A stretch of DNA of 64,000 nucleotides from Pelagomonas calceolata (lineage: Eukaryota), in assembly GCA_918797485.1 (NCBI GenBank), contig CAKKNE010000001.1:2046001-2110000 (forward strand), written 5' to 3'. The first letter of the stretch is position 1. Every line of letters starts with the position of its first letter. Of this stretch, positions 32,901 through 43,686 are shown one piece after another. The notes beneath the pieces are model-generated. The model did not search any database and was not told the DNA's origin. It saw only the letters and a list, made by a program, of their open reading frames with translations. Made by a program: the position numbers and the translations under genes.

Positions 32901-35900
32901 ACTCATGTTCCGCGCGTTTTGTGAAGACGTCGATGCCTTGGAGGACGCCGAGACTGCCAAAAAGGCCGTCTCTAGTAATACGCCGGCGCGTGTGCTTGGG
33001 TTGTGTACTTTGCTAAGAGCCGTGGTCGCCAAGCTCGGTTTTAAGATTGAGAAGCGGGCGCCCGCCATCCTGTCGGTCTGCGTCGCGGCGGCCGCGGGCG
33101 ATTCGATCGTCGAGGACGAAGAGCTCGACGAGGACGATGATGATCAAGACGACTCGCCCGCGAAACAAAAAAGACGTCGCGTCGCGGCCCTGCAGTGTTT
33201 GAGAGATTTGCTAGAAAGGTTCGCGGCGTCGCAAGTTTTACGGGAGATGGATCTGGTCGCGCGCCTCTGGACGCCTTTATCAGATCACCTCGCGGCGTTA
33301 AGTAGGGGCGGGGCGGACGGCACGCCCGCGCTGCTCAAGGTCGTGGCGGTCTGTTGTAGAAGCGACGCGCTGCGTTCTATTGTGGATGAACGGTGCGTCG
33401 CCGCGCTGGCGGGCTGTTGTCCCCGAAGCTCCTTTGCCCTCGAGGAGGTCTGCCATTTATTGATTATCGAGGACGACGCGAAGCTCGAAACGCATTCTTC
33501 ATTAATTATCAAGGCCTTGGGCGGGCAGCTCAGTAAAGGAACGCACACGCAATTACAAAGGCGCTGCCTCAGCGCGTTGGCGCGAGTTGGGAGATTGGCG
33601 GCCGACGGCGCGTGGCGGTTGACCGAGTCTGACGCGGACGAATTGATCGGGTGCCTGTGCGCGCGCCTGAAGACTGTTGGAAGTGCGCACGACACGACTA
33701 TTGATTCCGCTAGGGAATCGATCCTGGCGTGCCTCGAGACGCTTTTACCGCGGAGCGGCAGGCCGGGCCAGCAGGCGACGCGCCTCGCGCCGTTGTTAGG
33801 CCCGCCGCGGAGGAAGCGCGACGCCACGAGCTTCTTCGGGGCTTCTGATAGGCACGCGGCGTTACGAGCCGTGGCGACGGCCTACGTCGCGCTGGCGAGC
33901 CACGCGGATTTGCAAAGGGACTGCATCGCGGTGGCCTCTTCCACAATCTCTGCTTTATTCAAGCGCGACGAGGATAGCATCGACGACGCGCCGGACTACG
34001 ACGCGTCGGCCGGCGCGTGCGCCGATCTGACGACAAGTGACGCGTGGGCGGCGCTCTTCGGTGATACTAGAGACGACGCGCGCGCCGCGGCCGCGCCCGT
34101 GGTCCACGCCCTCTGTTCGATCATGCGGGACGACGACGCGACGCTCCGGGACGCGGCCGCGCGGTCGTTGCGCAGCTTCGTCAAGGCCGCGGCGGCGGCG
34201 GACCACGTGCGCGATATTTGTAGAGACGACCTCGTCCCGCACGTCCTCGACGCGCTGGCGCTCGCGGACGACTCGCGGCGGCGCGCGCACGTGTCGGTGC
34301 TCGCCGTCCTCGTCGACGAGAGCTCATCAACGTATGTGCCGCGCTTCGTCCCGCTCAAGCAGTTGAGGGATGCCAGTAATAGGGATGTGGACGTGTTCGA
34401 GAACGTCGCGCACCTGCAAGCGCACCGCCGCGCTAGAGCGTTTGCGAAGGCCGCCGACTGGATTACCGTATCCAAGGACACGGAGAGCGCGAAGATCCTG
34501 CTCCCATTGGCTCTCCAACCTTTGTCGGACCCGTCGCGCGACGGCGTCCACGCGGACGCGGCGCGCTGCGTCGGCGCGCTGGGCGGCGCGCTGCCCTGGT
34601 CGCGGTACGCGGCCCTCCTCAAGCGCCTCGCGACGGTTATTGACCGCCAAGCTGCGGCCGTGGACCGGTTCAGTTCCAAGGAAAAGAAGGCGTCGGCGGC
34701 GCCGGGCGCGGCCTCGCGCAAGGAGAAGCCGAGCCACCAGCAGCAGCGCCTGCGGACGTCGCGGACCCTCGAGGCGACGTTCGTGTCGGCCTTCTGCCAC
34801 GCGCTGGACTGCTTTCCGTTTTCCGAGGACGTCGTCGCCGGTGCCGAGGAGGAGGAGGACGACGACGACGACGACGCCGACGCCGCGGCCGAGGCGCCCG
34901 CCGAGAAGGAGACGCCCCTCTCGCGCGGCGTCGCGACGTTCCTCGTGCCGACGGCGCGGCGGCTGCTGATGCGGCCCGAGCGGCGCGCGAAGACGGGCGC
35001 GCGCGACGAAGTACTAAGGCCGCCCGTGGCCCTCTCGATTCTGAGACTGTCGCGGAAACTACCGCGGGACGGGCGGGAGGTCGCGCGGCAGTTGGTGGTC
35101 GCGGTCTGCGCGTCGCTGCGGCACCGCGACGCGACGAAGAGGGACGCGTCGCGGAAGGCTTTGGCGCGCATGGCGGCCGAGGGCGCGTCCCTCTCGCTCA
35201 TCTTGACGGAACTGCGGGCGGCGCTGCCGACGGGCTACATGCTTGCCGTCCGTTCCGCCGCGGTCCACTCCTTACTGGAGAAGGCGCAGCACCCGCTCCC
35301 GTCGGAAACGGTCGGCGTGATCGCGTCGCTGTTGGTCGAGGATTTACTAGGCGACGCGGCGGCCGCGCGCGACGGCCGCGAGGACGGCGAGCACAAGGCC
35401 GGCTCGGCCGCTGGTCCTTGCCTGTGTCCTTTTCTTGTCTTTGTGATCCGAGGCGCCCCGCGGTCTGACGGCTCCTCTACGCCATCGACGCTACGTGTCT
35501 CCGTAGCTGCGTCCCTCACTGGTTGATTTCCGCACAGGCGTGCCGGAGGCGCGACTCGTCGTCGGTCGGACCTACGAGTCGCTCGAGCTCTGCGGGCGGT
35601 TAATAGCCTACGCCCAGAAGGACGAGCTCGCGACGCCGTTGTTCGACGCTTTGGACAAGCGGCTCGCGGAGCCCGACGCGCGCGGGGCGAGGGAAGCGCA
35701 GCGCTGCCGCGCGGCGGCGCTGCGGCTCGCGGCCGGCCTCGCGGCGAACCCCGAGGCTTCTGGGGAATTGGTCAAGCACGCCGTCGAGGTGCTGTCCCAG
35801 AGCGAGGCCGCGGTCGACGACGACGAGGACTCCTCGGACAGCGACGACGACGACGGCGACGAGCCCATGCTCGCCGTCGTCCGCGACGAGGCGGACCTGC

Positions 35901-38169
35901 CCGCGCGGCGGAAGCCGCGACCCGGGAGCGCGACGCAGTGGCTGCCGAGCCACGGCGACGCGTCGAGCGACGCGTCGGCGGCGCGGCGCCGGAAGCGCGT
36001 GCGCGAGACCGAGGCCGTCACGCTCCTCGACGGCGCGTCGGCGCCGCGGCTGACGGGCCGCGGCCGCCGGGGCGACGTCGCCGCTCCATCGACGACGCGC
36101 CGGGCCGACCGCGCGCGCTTCGCCGTGGCGTTACTAAGGAGGGGCCTGCCGCGCGGCGCGCTCGCCGGCGACGCCGGGGACCTGCTGGGGTTATTAGCAA
36201 GGTGCTACCGCGGGGCTAAGGGCGACGACGCGCTGCAGACGGACGTCGTTATCGTGGCCGCGGCGCTGCTCAAGCGGGAACCGGAGAGCGCGCGGCGCTG
36301 GGCGCCGCGGCTCGCGCGCGTCGCGCTGCAGACGCTAAGGAGGGTCGCGGCTATCGGCGGCGCGCCGACGGGCGACGCCGCCGAGGGCGCCTTCCGCATG
36401 CTCGCCGCGCTGTTGGGTGGCCGCGACGCCGTCGTTTTGTCTGATGCTAAACTCAAAGCTGTCGCGGCCTCCGGCCGGGCCGCTCTGGCGGACGGCGCCC
36501 TCCTGGACCAGGGCACGCTCCAGTCCCATCGAGCGGCCGCTCTACAATTAATCTTAGCACTGGTCACGAAGAAGGTCGTCGTGAGCGAGGTGTATGACGC
36601 CATGGACGCGATCGCGGACCTCGCAATTACAAGTCTCGACAAATCAGATAGGACCAAGTGCGCCAAGGCATTTGTAGGGTTCATTGTGGCCTATCCTCTA
36701 GGTAAAAAAAGAAAGACGCACTACCTCGGCAAGGCTCTGGCTGGTTTGGACTACGCGTACGAAGAAGGTAGAACAGCGGCGTTGGACCTGGTCCTGGCCG
36801 TCGCGCGCGCGCTACCGCAGCCCGAGCTGGATTCTAGGTCGGACGCGTTCTTTTCAGCGCTCGCGCAGCGCCTCGCGAACGAGGACGTCGGGTCGGTCAG
36901 GCTCGCGCGTTCCGCGGCGTCCTTGTTTTTGTTGTTCGTCTTCGCCGCGGCCTTGTACTGCGTCGCGGCGGTGGCGTCGCGGTGGGCGTGCCTCTACCCC
37001 ACCGGCGCGCCGTCGCGGCGGTGCGCGTGGAGAGCCCATGGTCGAGCGCCAAACGCCATCGCCGCGGCGCGCCGTCGACGAGACCTTTTCAAACGCAGGC
37101 CGCGGGCCGGGCGCTCACGGCTTTGATAAGGAAGCTGTCCGACGAGAGGCGCGCCGCGGGCCGCGGACGCGTCGCGTCGTTTGTGGCGGTGTGCAAGTCT
37201 TTTGGTATCCTTCGTTTTGGTGCTGGATGACGCGTACGAAGCGATCGACGAGAGACATGCCCCCCCAGACGCCGTCGACGCGGCGCCCCTCGACGCAGGT
37301 GGCTCCGCGAGGCCGCGAAGGAAGAGAGACTCGAGCGCTTCGCGGAAGCGGAGAAGGTCGGGCGATTACGTGTTTGTGGTGCCGCGTGCGCTGCCGCCTT
37401 TGCGAGGATGGGCGACGCGGCACTTTGTGGAGATATCATCAAGGCGCTGGCCGCTTCCAGTGACGACGACGCGGGCCGCGCGGAGCTCCTGAAGGCCGCG
37501 CGCGGTTGCGTCGAGGCCGACGCGACGGTGTGTGATGGAAAAGTGCTGGCCGCGGTCCTCGCTTCCCTCCAAAGGTGCGGGCCCTTGTCGCGCCGCGCGG
37601 CGCACGAGGCCTTGGGGGCCGTCTTCGCGAGCGGTCGCTGTGCGTTAGAAGAGGTTCAAGCAAGGGACGTCTGCCGCGCGGCCTGCGCCGCGCTCGACGC
37701 GCCGGACGATGTGTTTGATGAGAGTGTCTCAACGCAAGCGGCGAAGAACGCGCTGTACGCCGCGGGGCATTTCCCAAGCTTGGCGGCCGACGTCTTGAAG
37801 CGCCTCGCCGACGCGGCGGGCCGGCGCGGCGCGGCGCGGCGCAAGGCCGTGTTCGCCTTCGTGGCGGCGTGCCTGGCTCATTCAACGATCGGGGCCGCGC
37901 CCGTCCGGGCCGCGCTGGACCGCGTCTGCGCGGCGCTGCGGCGCGCCTTGGACGACGACGACGTCGATGTGGCGGCGCTCGCGACGGACGTCGTCGGGCG
38001 GCTCGAGGACGCGCTGGGCGCGGACGTCGTCGGCCGGGCGCTGGCCGAGGCGGCGGCGGCGCGAAGGCGGAAGCGGAGCGGTCGGGTCGCGGATGCGGCG
38101 CGGGAGAAGGTCGTGGATCCGAAGGGAGCGGCGGCGAGGAAGCGGCGGAGGCGTGATCAGCGTAAGTAG
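29932..38169 (+). CDS. UTP20: U3 snoRNP/SSU processome component UTP20 (HEAT repeats); introns near 35414-35537, 36893-37098 and 37189-37298
   Basis: N-terminal RFQAPRKRFK; LKPYALRLEALLDD..RETL, IPLITRVLYGR, DVFENVAHLQAHRRARA, GYMLAV and YPLG..YAYEEGR. Confidence 0.85.
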
Positions 38170-38697
38170 TGGTGTTGTGAGATCGCGATGTGCAATTGTA
38201 CCCCGTGGTCATGGCGTGGTGCAAATTAATCTGCCAACAATTTACTCGTCTACGCATCTATGTTTCGCGGCACCTCCTCCTCCTCCTCAGGTTCTTCCCT
38301 CTGCGCCTCGTCCAGGGCCACGAGCCGATCACTAAAAACCGCCGCCCCACGTACTCTATGGTGTTACGCGCGGGCGCTCTACCAGCCGCGCTCCGCGCCC
38401 GCGAAACGCCTGAGCAGCTTGCCCAGGACGCGTTTCGGACGGCGCGCGCGAAACTCGCCCAGGAGCGCGCAGAGCTCGCAAAGACGCTCGCCGACGCGTC
38501 TGCAAGGCCGCCTAAATAAACTAGCAAATTCCTCCCAAAACTTACGCGGACAATGGTTTCTTTTCGAGGCCGTCGCGCGTCGTCGAGTTCTGGCTCAACG
38601 CAGGCTACTACTGAGTGTGTAAGCTATGTTGATTGTTAACATGATCCATAATGTTAGCGCATCTCATAACAAAATCACAATTACCCAGAGAGGAAAC

Positions 38698-40058
38698 TCA
38701 CGTGATTGCGTCGAACTGGAACACCTCGTCGAGGATGATCCAGTCCCGGAGCCCGACGTAGAAGAGCGTCCGGAGCGGGATGGACGCCGCCACGACGACT
38801 CCTGTGTACGCGACGCGCAGCGCGGCGCCCGAGAAGAGCGAGCCCTCCGCCGCGACCTCCGCCAGCGTCGCCGCGAGCGCGGGCGGGCCCGATTCCGCGG
38901 CGCCGGGCGCGGTCCGGAGCAGGACGCGCGTCCGCGCGACGTCGAGCGGCGTCGTGAGGAGCGCCGCGACGACCGCGACCGCGACGGTCCGCGCCGTCGC
39001 GTCGAGGACGCCGCCTTTCGTGGGCGTGGTCGCGTCGAGCGCCGCGAGACCCAGGATCCGCAGCAGGCTGTACGGCAGCTCGGCCGCGAAGAGCGTCGGC
39101 CAGCGCCGGAAGCCGACGGCCGCCGCCTCGGCAGTCGTTGTGGCGACCTCCTCGCCGCGCCGCCGGACCTGAGCGCGCGTCGCGAGCACGTCGGCCGGCG
39201 CGCGGACCACGAGCGCCGCCGCCGACGCGGCCGACGCCGAGAGCAGGGCCAGCGCGAGCGGCGGCGGCGCCAGGGGCGCGAGGACCCGCCGCGAGACTTC
39301 GCGCGCGGCGTAGTACGTCGCGGCCGCGGCTGCGCGGGGCACGGAACTGTTGTATTGATGGTGTGGGGCGCGACGCCATCGACGTCGCCTCGACGGCGTG
39401 GAGCGGTACGCCATCGACGCGGCGTCGCCTCGACGGCGCGGAGCGGTACGCCATCGACGTGGTAAAGCGGTACGCCATCGACGCGACCCCAAAAACAGGA
39501 CGCCGAGCGCGCGCGCGCGGCCGCGGACACGGACGGCACGAGGCCCGCGTAGAGGTCCTTCACTTCCCGCGGCTCGATGATGCCGTTGCCGTCGGCGTCG
39601 ATCAACGCGAGCGGGCCCGTGCCCGGGCGCGCCTGTGCCCGCGACTTGAGCGTCGCGAGCGGGTGCAGCGCGGCGACGCGCGCGATCTCCGTCGTGCCTC
39701 CCGCGACGACCGCGGCCAGCGCGAGCTCCGCTTCTGAGACGCGGCGCTCGACGAGACGCGGCGGCCTCAGTGACTTGGGGTAGCCCGCGGGCAGCTGGAT
39801 CTCGCGGAGCTCGTCGCCCGTCTTCGGGTCTATTACGACCTCGGTCAGTAGGTCCTGACGGCGGACAACGACCTTGTTTTTTGCTAGCGCTTCGGTGACG
39901 TTGGTTTTTGGTGGTGGTACCGCGTTCGCGGCCGCAGCGATGATGCCGATGGCGCTGCCGCAGCCGAGGATGTTGCGGCGCGTTTGTCGTGCGCGTGGTG
40001 ATGCGTCGAGCGGTGCGGCTCGGGGCGCGGCGGTGCTGATGAGGAGGAGTCTGAGCAT
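38698..40058 (-). CDS. Mitochondrial carrier (SLC25) family protein, SAM-carrier-like, with organellar leader; intron near 39330-39515
   Basis: Three carrier signatures: HPLATLKSRAQ, APADVLATRAQ and TPLDVARTRVL. Confidence 0.8.
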
Positions 40059-40312
40059 GTGGCGTGGTGCTCGTTGTGAGGCGTTACGTGTTTTTTGCAG
40101 CGCGCATGGTACCGGTGCGCCACTATGCGTTTTTTGCGTTTTTCTCCGCCTGAAGGCGCTCGTTTTGCAGCCGGCTTCGCGAGGTGCGGCTCTGAGCTTC
40201 CTATTTTGCGTTTTTGCGAGTTTTGGCCGCGAAGGCCGCAGCTTTATCTCCGCTGCACGGGTCAAATCATAACAAAAAAGGTCAAACACAGATCACGGGT
40301 TTTTCTTAGCGC

Positions 40313-40324
40313 TAATAAATATAG
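40313..40324 (+). promoter_or_regulatory. TATA-like element upstream of the permuted tRNA
   Basis: TAATAAATATAG about 25-36 bp before the 3' half. Confidence 0.45.
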
Positions 40325-40348
40325 AAAAAAAAAACATCTTTGCCGGTT

Positions 40349-40427
40349 TTCGAGTGGTCATCAGTTCGATCCTGGTTTCGTCCTTATCTATGGACGAATA
40401 GCTCAGTGGCAGAGCGCTCGATTGCAG
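40349..40427 (+). tRNA. trnC-GCA: Circularly permuted tRNA-Cys(GCA): 3' half 40349-40384, 7-nt spacer, 5' half 40392-40427
   Basis: Acceptor GGACGAA/TTCGTCC (7/7), D arm GCTC/GAGC, anticodon stem CTCGA/TCGAG (5/5), T arm ATCAG-TTCGATC-CTGGT, discriminator U73, T9 terminator at 40430. Confidence 0.9.
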
Positions 40428-40429
40428 GC

Positions 40430-40438
40430 TTTTTTTTT
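40430..40438 (+). terminator. Pol III oligo-T terminator of the permuted tRNA-Cys
   Basis: T9 run starting 3 nt after tRNA position 37. Confidence 0.75.
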
Positions 40439-41008
40439 GCTTTTTTGGACACTACTGGACTAGACTATCATCCTGAACGAGTTTGGCTAACGTACAGTAC
40501 CCTTGGTATGTGACAAGAGCCACCGACGACGACGCCACCGCCGGAAACGCAAAAGAAGGACAGCCAAACCACCACAAACCCAAACAACGAGCTGAAGCCA
40601 GACCCTCGTGAGGTGCAGATTGATGCTACAGAACAAACTGGCCCATAAAAGTTTGGGAAAATGTTGAACCGCCCGCGCGTGTCTCCGACCATATTTCCTA
40701 CAGGTACATCGACGACATCGACGCCCCCAAGGTCGCTCATTTGTTTTGTCAAGTGGGCAAGTAGCTACTGAAAAGAGGCACACGCTACTCTAGAGCTAGA
40801 CACCGCGCATGCTGAATCATGAAATTAGTGTGTTACGGCCGCTAGCCTTGGGCTTTGCGGCGCGATGCGGGCGTGATGCGGGCGCACTGGCACGGATAGA
40901 TCAAGCAATAATTCATAAAATTTGCCGTGTGCCCGCTGCCGCCGACTCCGGCATTTATAGCGGTGTCTCTGATGGCTGTGCCAGCAAGCAGGGCGACCAG
41001 TGCTGCCT

Positions 41009-41995
41009 ATGCCTGACTGGAAAGATCGCTCGAACCCCCAGTTCGGCCGGCGGCGCGCTGTCGCCAGGCGGCAGGGCGCGGTCCGGGTCCGGCCGGGAAG
41101 CGCGTGGCAGCGGGCCCTCGCGGTCGCGCGCGAGCGTCAGCCGCGGCACTTTGCCGAGTGGCAAGCATCGGATGCAGTGTGCCACCGCCGCCGCGCCATC
41201 GACTTCCGCGCGCTCCCGCGGTCGTGCGATCCGCTTTGGGGCGGCGGCGTGCCGCCGATCCGGGCCTGGCGGAAGCGGCGCCAGATCGAGAACGTCCTGG
41301 GGCCGCTCGCAGAGCTGACGGCGCTATTGAAGCGACCGGCGCACATCGTCGACTTCTGTGCCTCGAGCGGCCACGTCGCGCTGCCGGCCGCCGCCGTGCT
41401 GAAGGGCGTCACCGTCGAGATCAACGACCTGCGCGAGCGGCCGATCGACATCGCGCGCGAACGCATCGCCGCGCTGCCCCCGGCCCTGCGCGCTCGTTGC
41501 ACGGCCCGCGTCGGTTCCACGGAGACCCATACTGGGCCCTTCGACATCGGCGTGGCGCTCCACGCCTGCGGCGTGGCGACGGACGTGGTGCTGGAGACCT
41601 GCCTGCGCCGCCGCGCGGCCTTCGTGCTCGTCCCGTGCTGCGTCGGCCGGCTCGCGCAGCGGGCGAACAGAGGGCGGAACGCCCGGTCGAGTCTGCCGAA
41701 GACGGAGGCCTTCGCCGCGTGTTTCGATTTACCCAAGTCGGCGGTCTGGCGCGGGGCCCTCAGCTCGGACGAGGCCAAGGCGCTCGCGCGCGCGGGCGAC
41801 TGCACGGCCCGCGACAAGTTGACGGCGGACGACCGGGAGCGTCGCGCCTGCAAGACGGTGATCGACGGCGACCGCCTCGCGCTCGCCGCGGAGCGCGGCT
41901 ACACGGTCTCGCACTTTTTGATGCGCCCGTTCGGCATCACGCCGAAGAACGATGTTATTGTAGGGTACCCGTCCGAGTGGAGGAGTCCAGTCTGA
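41009..41995 (+). CDS. GSTCD-like class I SAM methyltransferase (Methyltransf_32-like), copy 1
   Basis: IVDFCASSGHV, FDIGVALHACGVATD, VPCCVG and TPKNDVIVG. Confidence 0.8.
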   Translation: MPDWKDRSNPQFGRRRAVARRQGAVRVRPGSAWQRALAVARERQPRHFAEWQASDAVCHRRRAIDFRALPRSCDPLWGGGVPPIRAWRKRRQIENVLGPLAELTALLKRPAHIVDFCASSGHVALPAAAVLKGVTVEINDLRERPIDIARERIAALPPALRARCTARVGSTETHTGPFDIGVALHACGVATDVVLETCLRRRAAFVLVPCCVGRLAQRANRGRNARSSLPKTEAFAACFDLPKSAVWRGALSSDEAKALARAGDCTARDKLTADDRERRACKTVIDGDRLALAAERGYTVSHFLMRPFGITPKNDVIVGYPSEWRSPV

Positions 41996-42076
41996 CCGCG
42001 TTTTTTTGTAAGTTGTGTACCACAAACCTTAAATTCCTCCAAACTCCTTCACACGCACGCTAGAAACATGAAAGTC

Positions 42077-42092
42077 AAAAAAAAAGCAAAAA
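42077..42092 (-). terminator. Pol III oligo-T terminator of tRNA-Asn
   Basis: T5 and T9 runs on the minus strand just 3' of the discriminator. Confidence 0.7.
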
Positions 42093-42097
42093 GAACG

Positions 42098-42251
42098 CTC
42101 TCCGTAGTGGGATTGAACTGTCAGAGAATATATTAAAATTTCTCCACTGAAACGGGTATCTATAGATAGATATCACCCAGATTAACAGTCGTATCCTCTG
42201 TTAGAGACTGATGCTCTACCAACTGAGCTGGTCCGTTGAAGAAAACGGAGA
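42098..42251 (-). tRNA. trnN-GTT: tRNA-Asn(GTT) with four non-canonical introns at 8/9, 30/31, 46/47 and 52/53
   Basis: Exons 42251-42244, 42229-42208, 42189-42174, 42150-42145 and 42118-42098 join to 73 nt TCTCCGTTAGCTCAGTTGGTAGAGCATCAGACTGTTAATCTGGGTGTCAGTGGTTCAATCCCACTACGGAGAG; G73 discriminator; oligo-T runs downstream. Confidence 0.9.
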
Positions 42252-42551
42252 CGTGGTAGACACCGATGCGCCTTAGCCGGGTCATTTAATTTCGCGCCTG
42301 TTCAAGTACTTTTTCAAAAAACCCTTTTTCTTGGATTTGACCCTGCCGGTGCGAGTCAAAATCCCCCAATCTCGATAAGGACCCGCGAAGGGGAACGTAA
42401 AAGATCCATAACAACGCGCCGAGTCAGAATCTAGAACGAAAATCGCCGCCAAAAGCGCTGCACACCACTGAGAGCAGCGTCAGCGCTGCCCCACGCCGCA
42501 GGACACGCGCGCTAGCCGAGCGAGCGAATATCAAGCGGCATCACTACGAAA

Positions 42552-43274
42552 ATGGGCCGCAGCACGCGCAACCGCCAGCCCGGCGAGCGAAGGTACCCTC
42601 ACGTGGAGCGAGCGGCGAACGCCGTCAAGCAGCAGCACAACGCTTGGGTCCTCGAAGCAGCGGTAAGGAACGGAGGCGACGTCGTCGCTCTAGATGGCGT
42701 CGACCTGAACACATGCGGAATACTGGTGCGCGGCGGCATCGCGGCGGCGCGCATCCACGTGCCGAACCGGCCGGACTTTGACGCGATCGTGAGCCGGGAA
42801 AGCGACGGCCCTGCGGGCACGGTATACCGTGCGACGGCGCAGGAGTTTTGCGAAGCCTATGCGGCGCTGGCACGGCCGCGGCCGCCCGTACGCACGGTCT
42901 GGCTCGACGTCAACGCGCGCTGGGGGCTGCACGTCGAGCGGGCCGTCCGTGCGCTCGCGCGGTGCGGTTGCGTCGCAGACCTCTTCCTCACGCTCAGTCG
43001 GGGCTACCACGCGCCGCAGCTCCCCGCCCTGCTCGACGCCGTTGAGGCGATCTTCGGCGAGGAGGCGCCAGGCGCCGCGCTGACGCTCGTCGACGAGCAC
43101 ACGGGCGAGTACGGGACGGGCATGATGATCATGCACTGGCGCGTCGCCGAGGGCTGGTGGTGGGAGCGCGCGTGGGCCGCGCGCGCGGCGTCGGCGCCGC
43201 TGGCGGACCGCCTCGCCGCCGAGGGCCCGGAGGCGTTCCGGAAGCCGCGGAACGTGCGGGCGGCTCACGGGTGA
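42552..43274 (+). CDS. Hypothetical protein, possibly a degenerate Rossmann/methyltransferase-like fold
   Basis: 240-aa ORF with alternating beta/alpha pattern (VVALDG, VWLD). Confidence 0.5.
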   Translation: MGRSTRNRQPGERRYPHVERAANAVKQQHNAWVLEAAVRNGGDVVALDGVDLNTCGILVRGGIAAARIHVPNRPDFDAIVSRESDGPAGTVYRATAQEFCEAYAALARPRPPVRTVWLDVNARWGLHVERAVRALARCGCVADLFLTLSRGYHAPQLPALLDAVEAIFGEEAPGAALTLVDEHTGEYGTGMMIMHWRVAEGWWWERAWAARAASAPLADRLAAEGPEAFRKPRNVRAAHG

Positions 43275-43360
43275 TGGGTGAGTGAGAGCAGCGTTGCCTT
43301 GTTTGTATTGTATTAATCTTACCACAAGTCTAAACATGCAACCCGAATTGACTATATGGC

Positions 43361-43478
43361 CTGTAATTTCACCAACACGCCCCGGGCACGGCGACGACGA
43401 CGCACGCTTCTACGACCGGCTGTAATTTCACCAACACGCCCCGGGCACGGCGACGACGACGCACGCTTCTACGACCGG
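43361..43478. repeat. Perfect 2 x 59-bp tandem duplication
   Basis: Identical unit CTGTAATTTCACCAACACGCCCCGGG...TACGACCGG at 43361 and 43420. Confidence 0.9.
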
Positions 43479-43686
43479 CAGCAAGCTTACGTACACGCTC
43501 GCGGGGGATAGCTCGCCGCCACCGCCCCCGCAACCCGAATTGGCTATAGCCATTTGTAATTTCAGTGCAAAGACACAAAGACACTACCCGCAAGCAAGCA
43601 AGCGGATGGAATGGCCGTGGACTCGCCCCGGGTCTACTATGTGTAGGGAACATCGGAATACCAAGCAGTAAAATTGTATTCGTGCC

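Noticed and set aside
31020..35201. Long antisense ORFs (e.g. 31020-32405, 33996-35201) and many Arg/Ala/Pro-rich ORFs across the window
   Set aside because: Shadow frames expected in GC-rich coding DNA; no motifs, and they lie opposite well-supported genes.
38358..38519. Small helical ORF downstream of UTP20
   Set aside because: Only 53 codons with no homology cue; cannot be separated from chance.
39360..39490. Repeat-spacer-like array of GCGGTACGCCATCGACG
   Set aside because: It lies inside a spliceosomal intron, and the spacers are short, irregular and themselves repeated; this is the general intron motif in tandem.
40392..40427. Truncated tRNA-Cys pseudogene (5' half only)
   Set aside because: The perfectly complementary 3' half lies 7 nt upstream, so a permuted gene explains it better.
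40468..40783. Short ORFs in a lower-GC segment
   Set aside because: No recognisable motifs or host-like codon bias; could be a decayed insertion but unsupported.
43361..43478. Possible CRISPR array
   Set aside because: Only two adjacent identical 59-bp units, no spacers, no cas genes, and a eukaryotic context.
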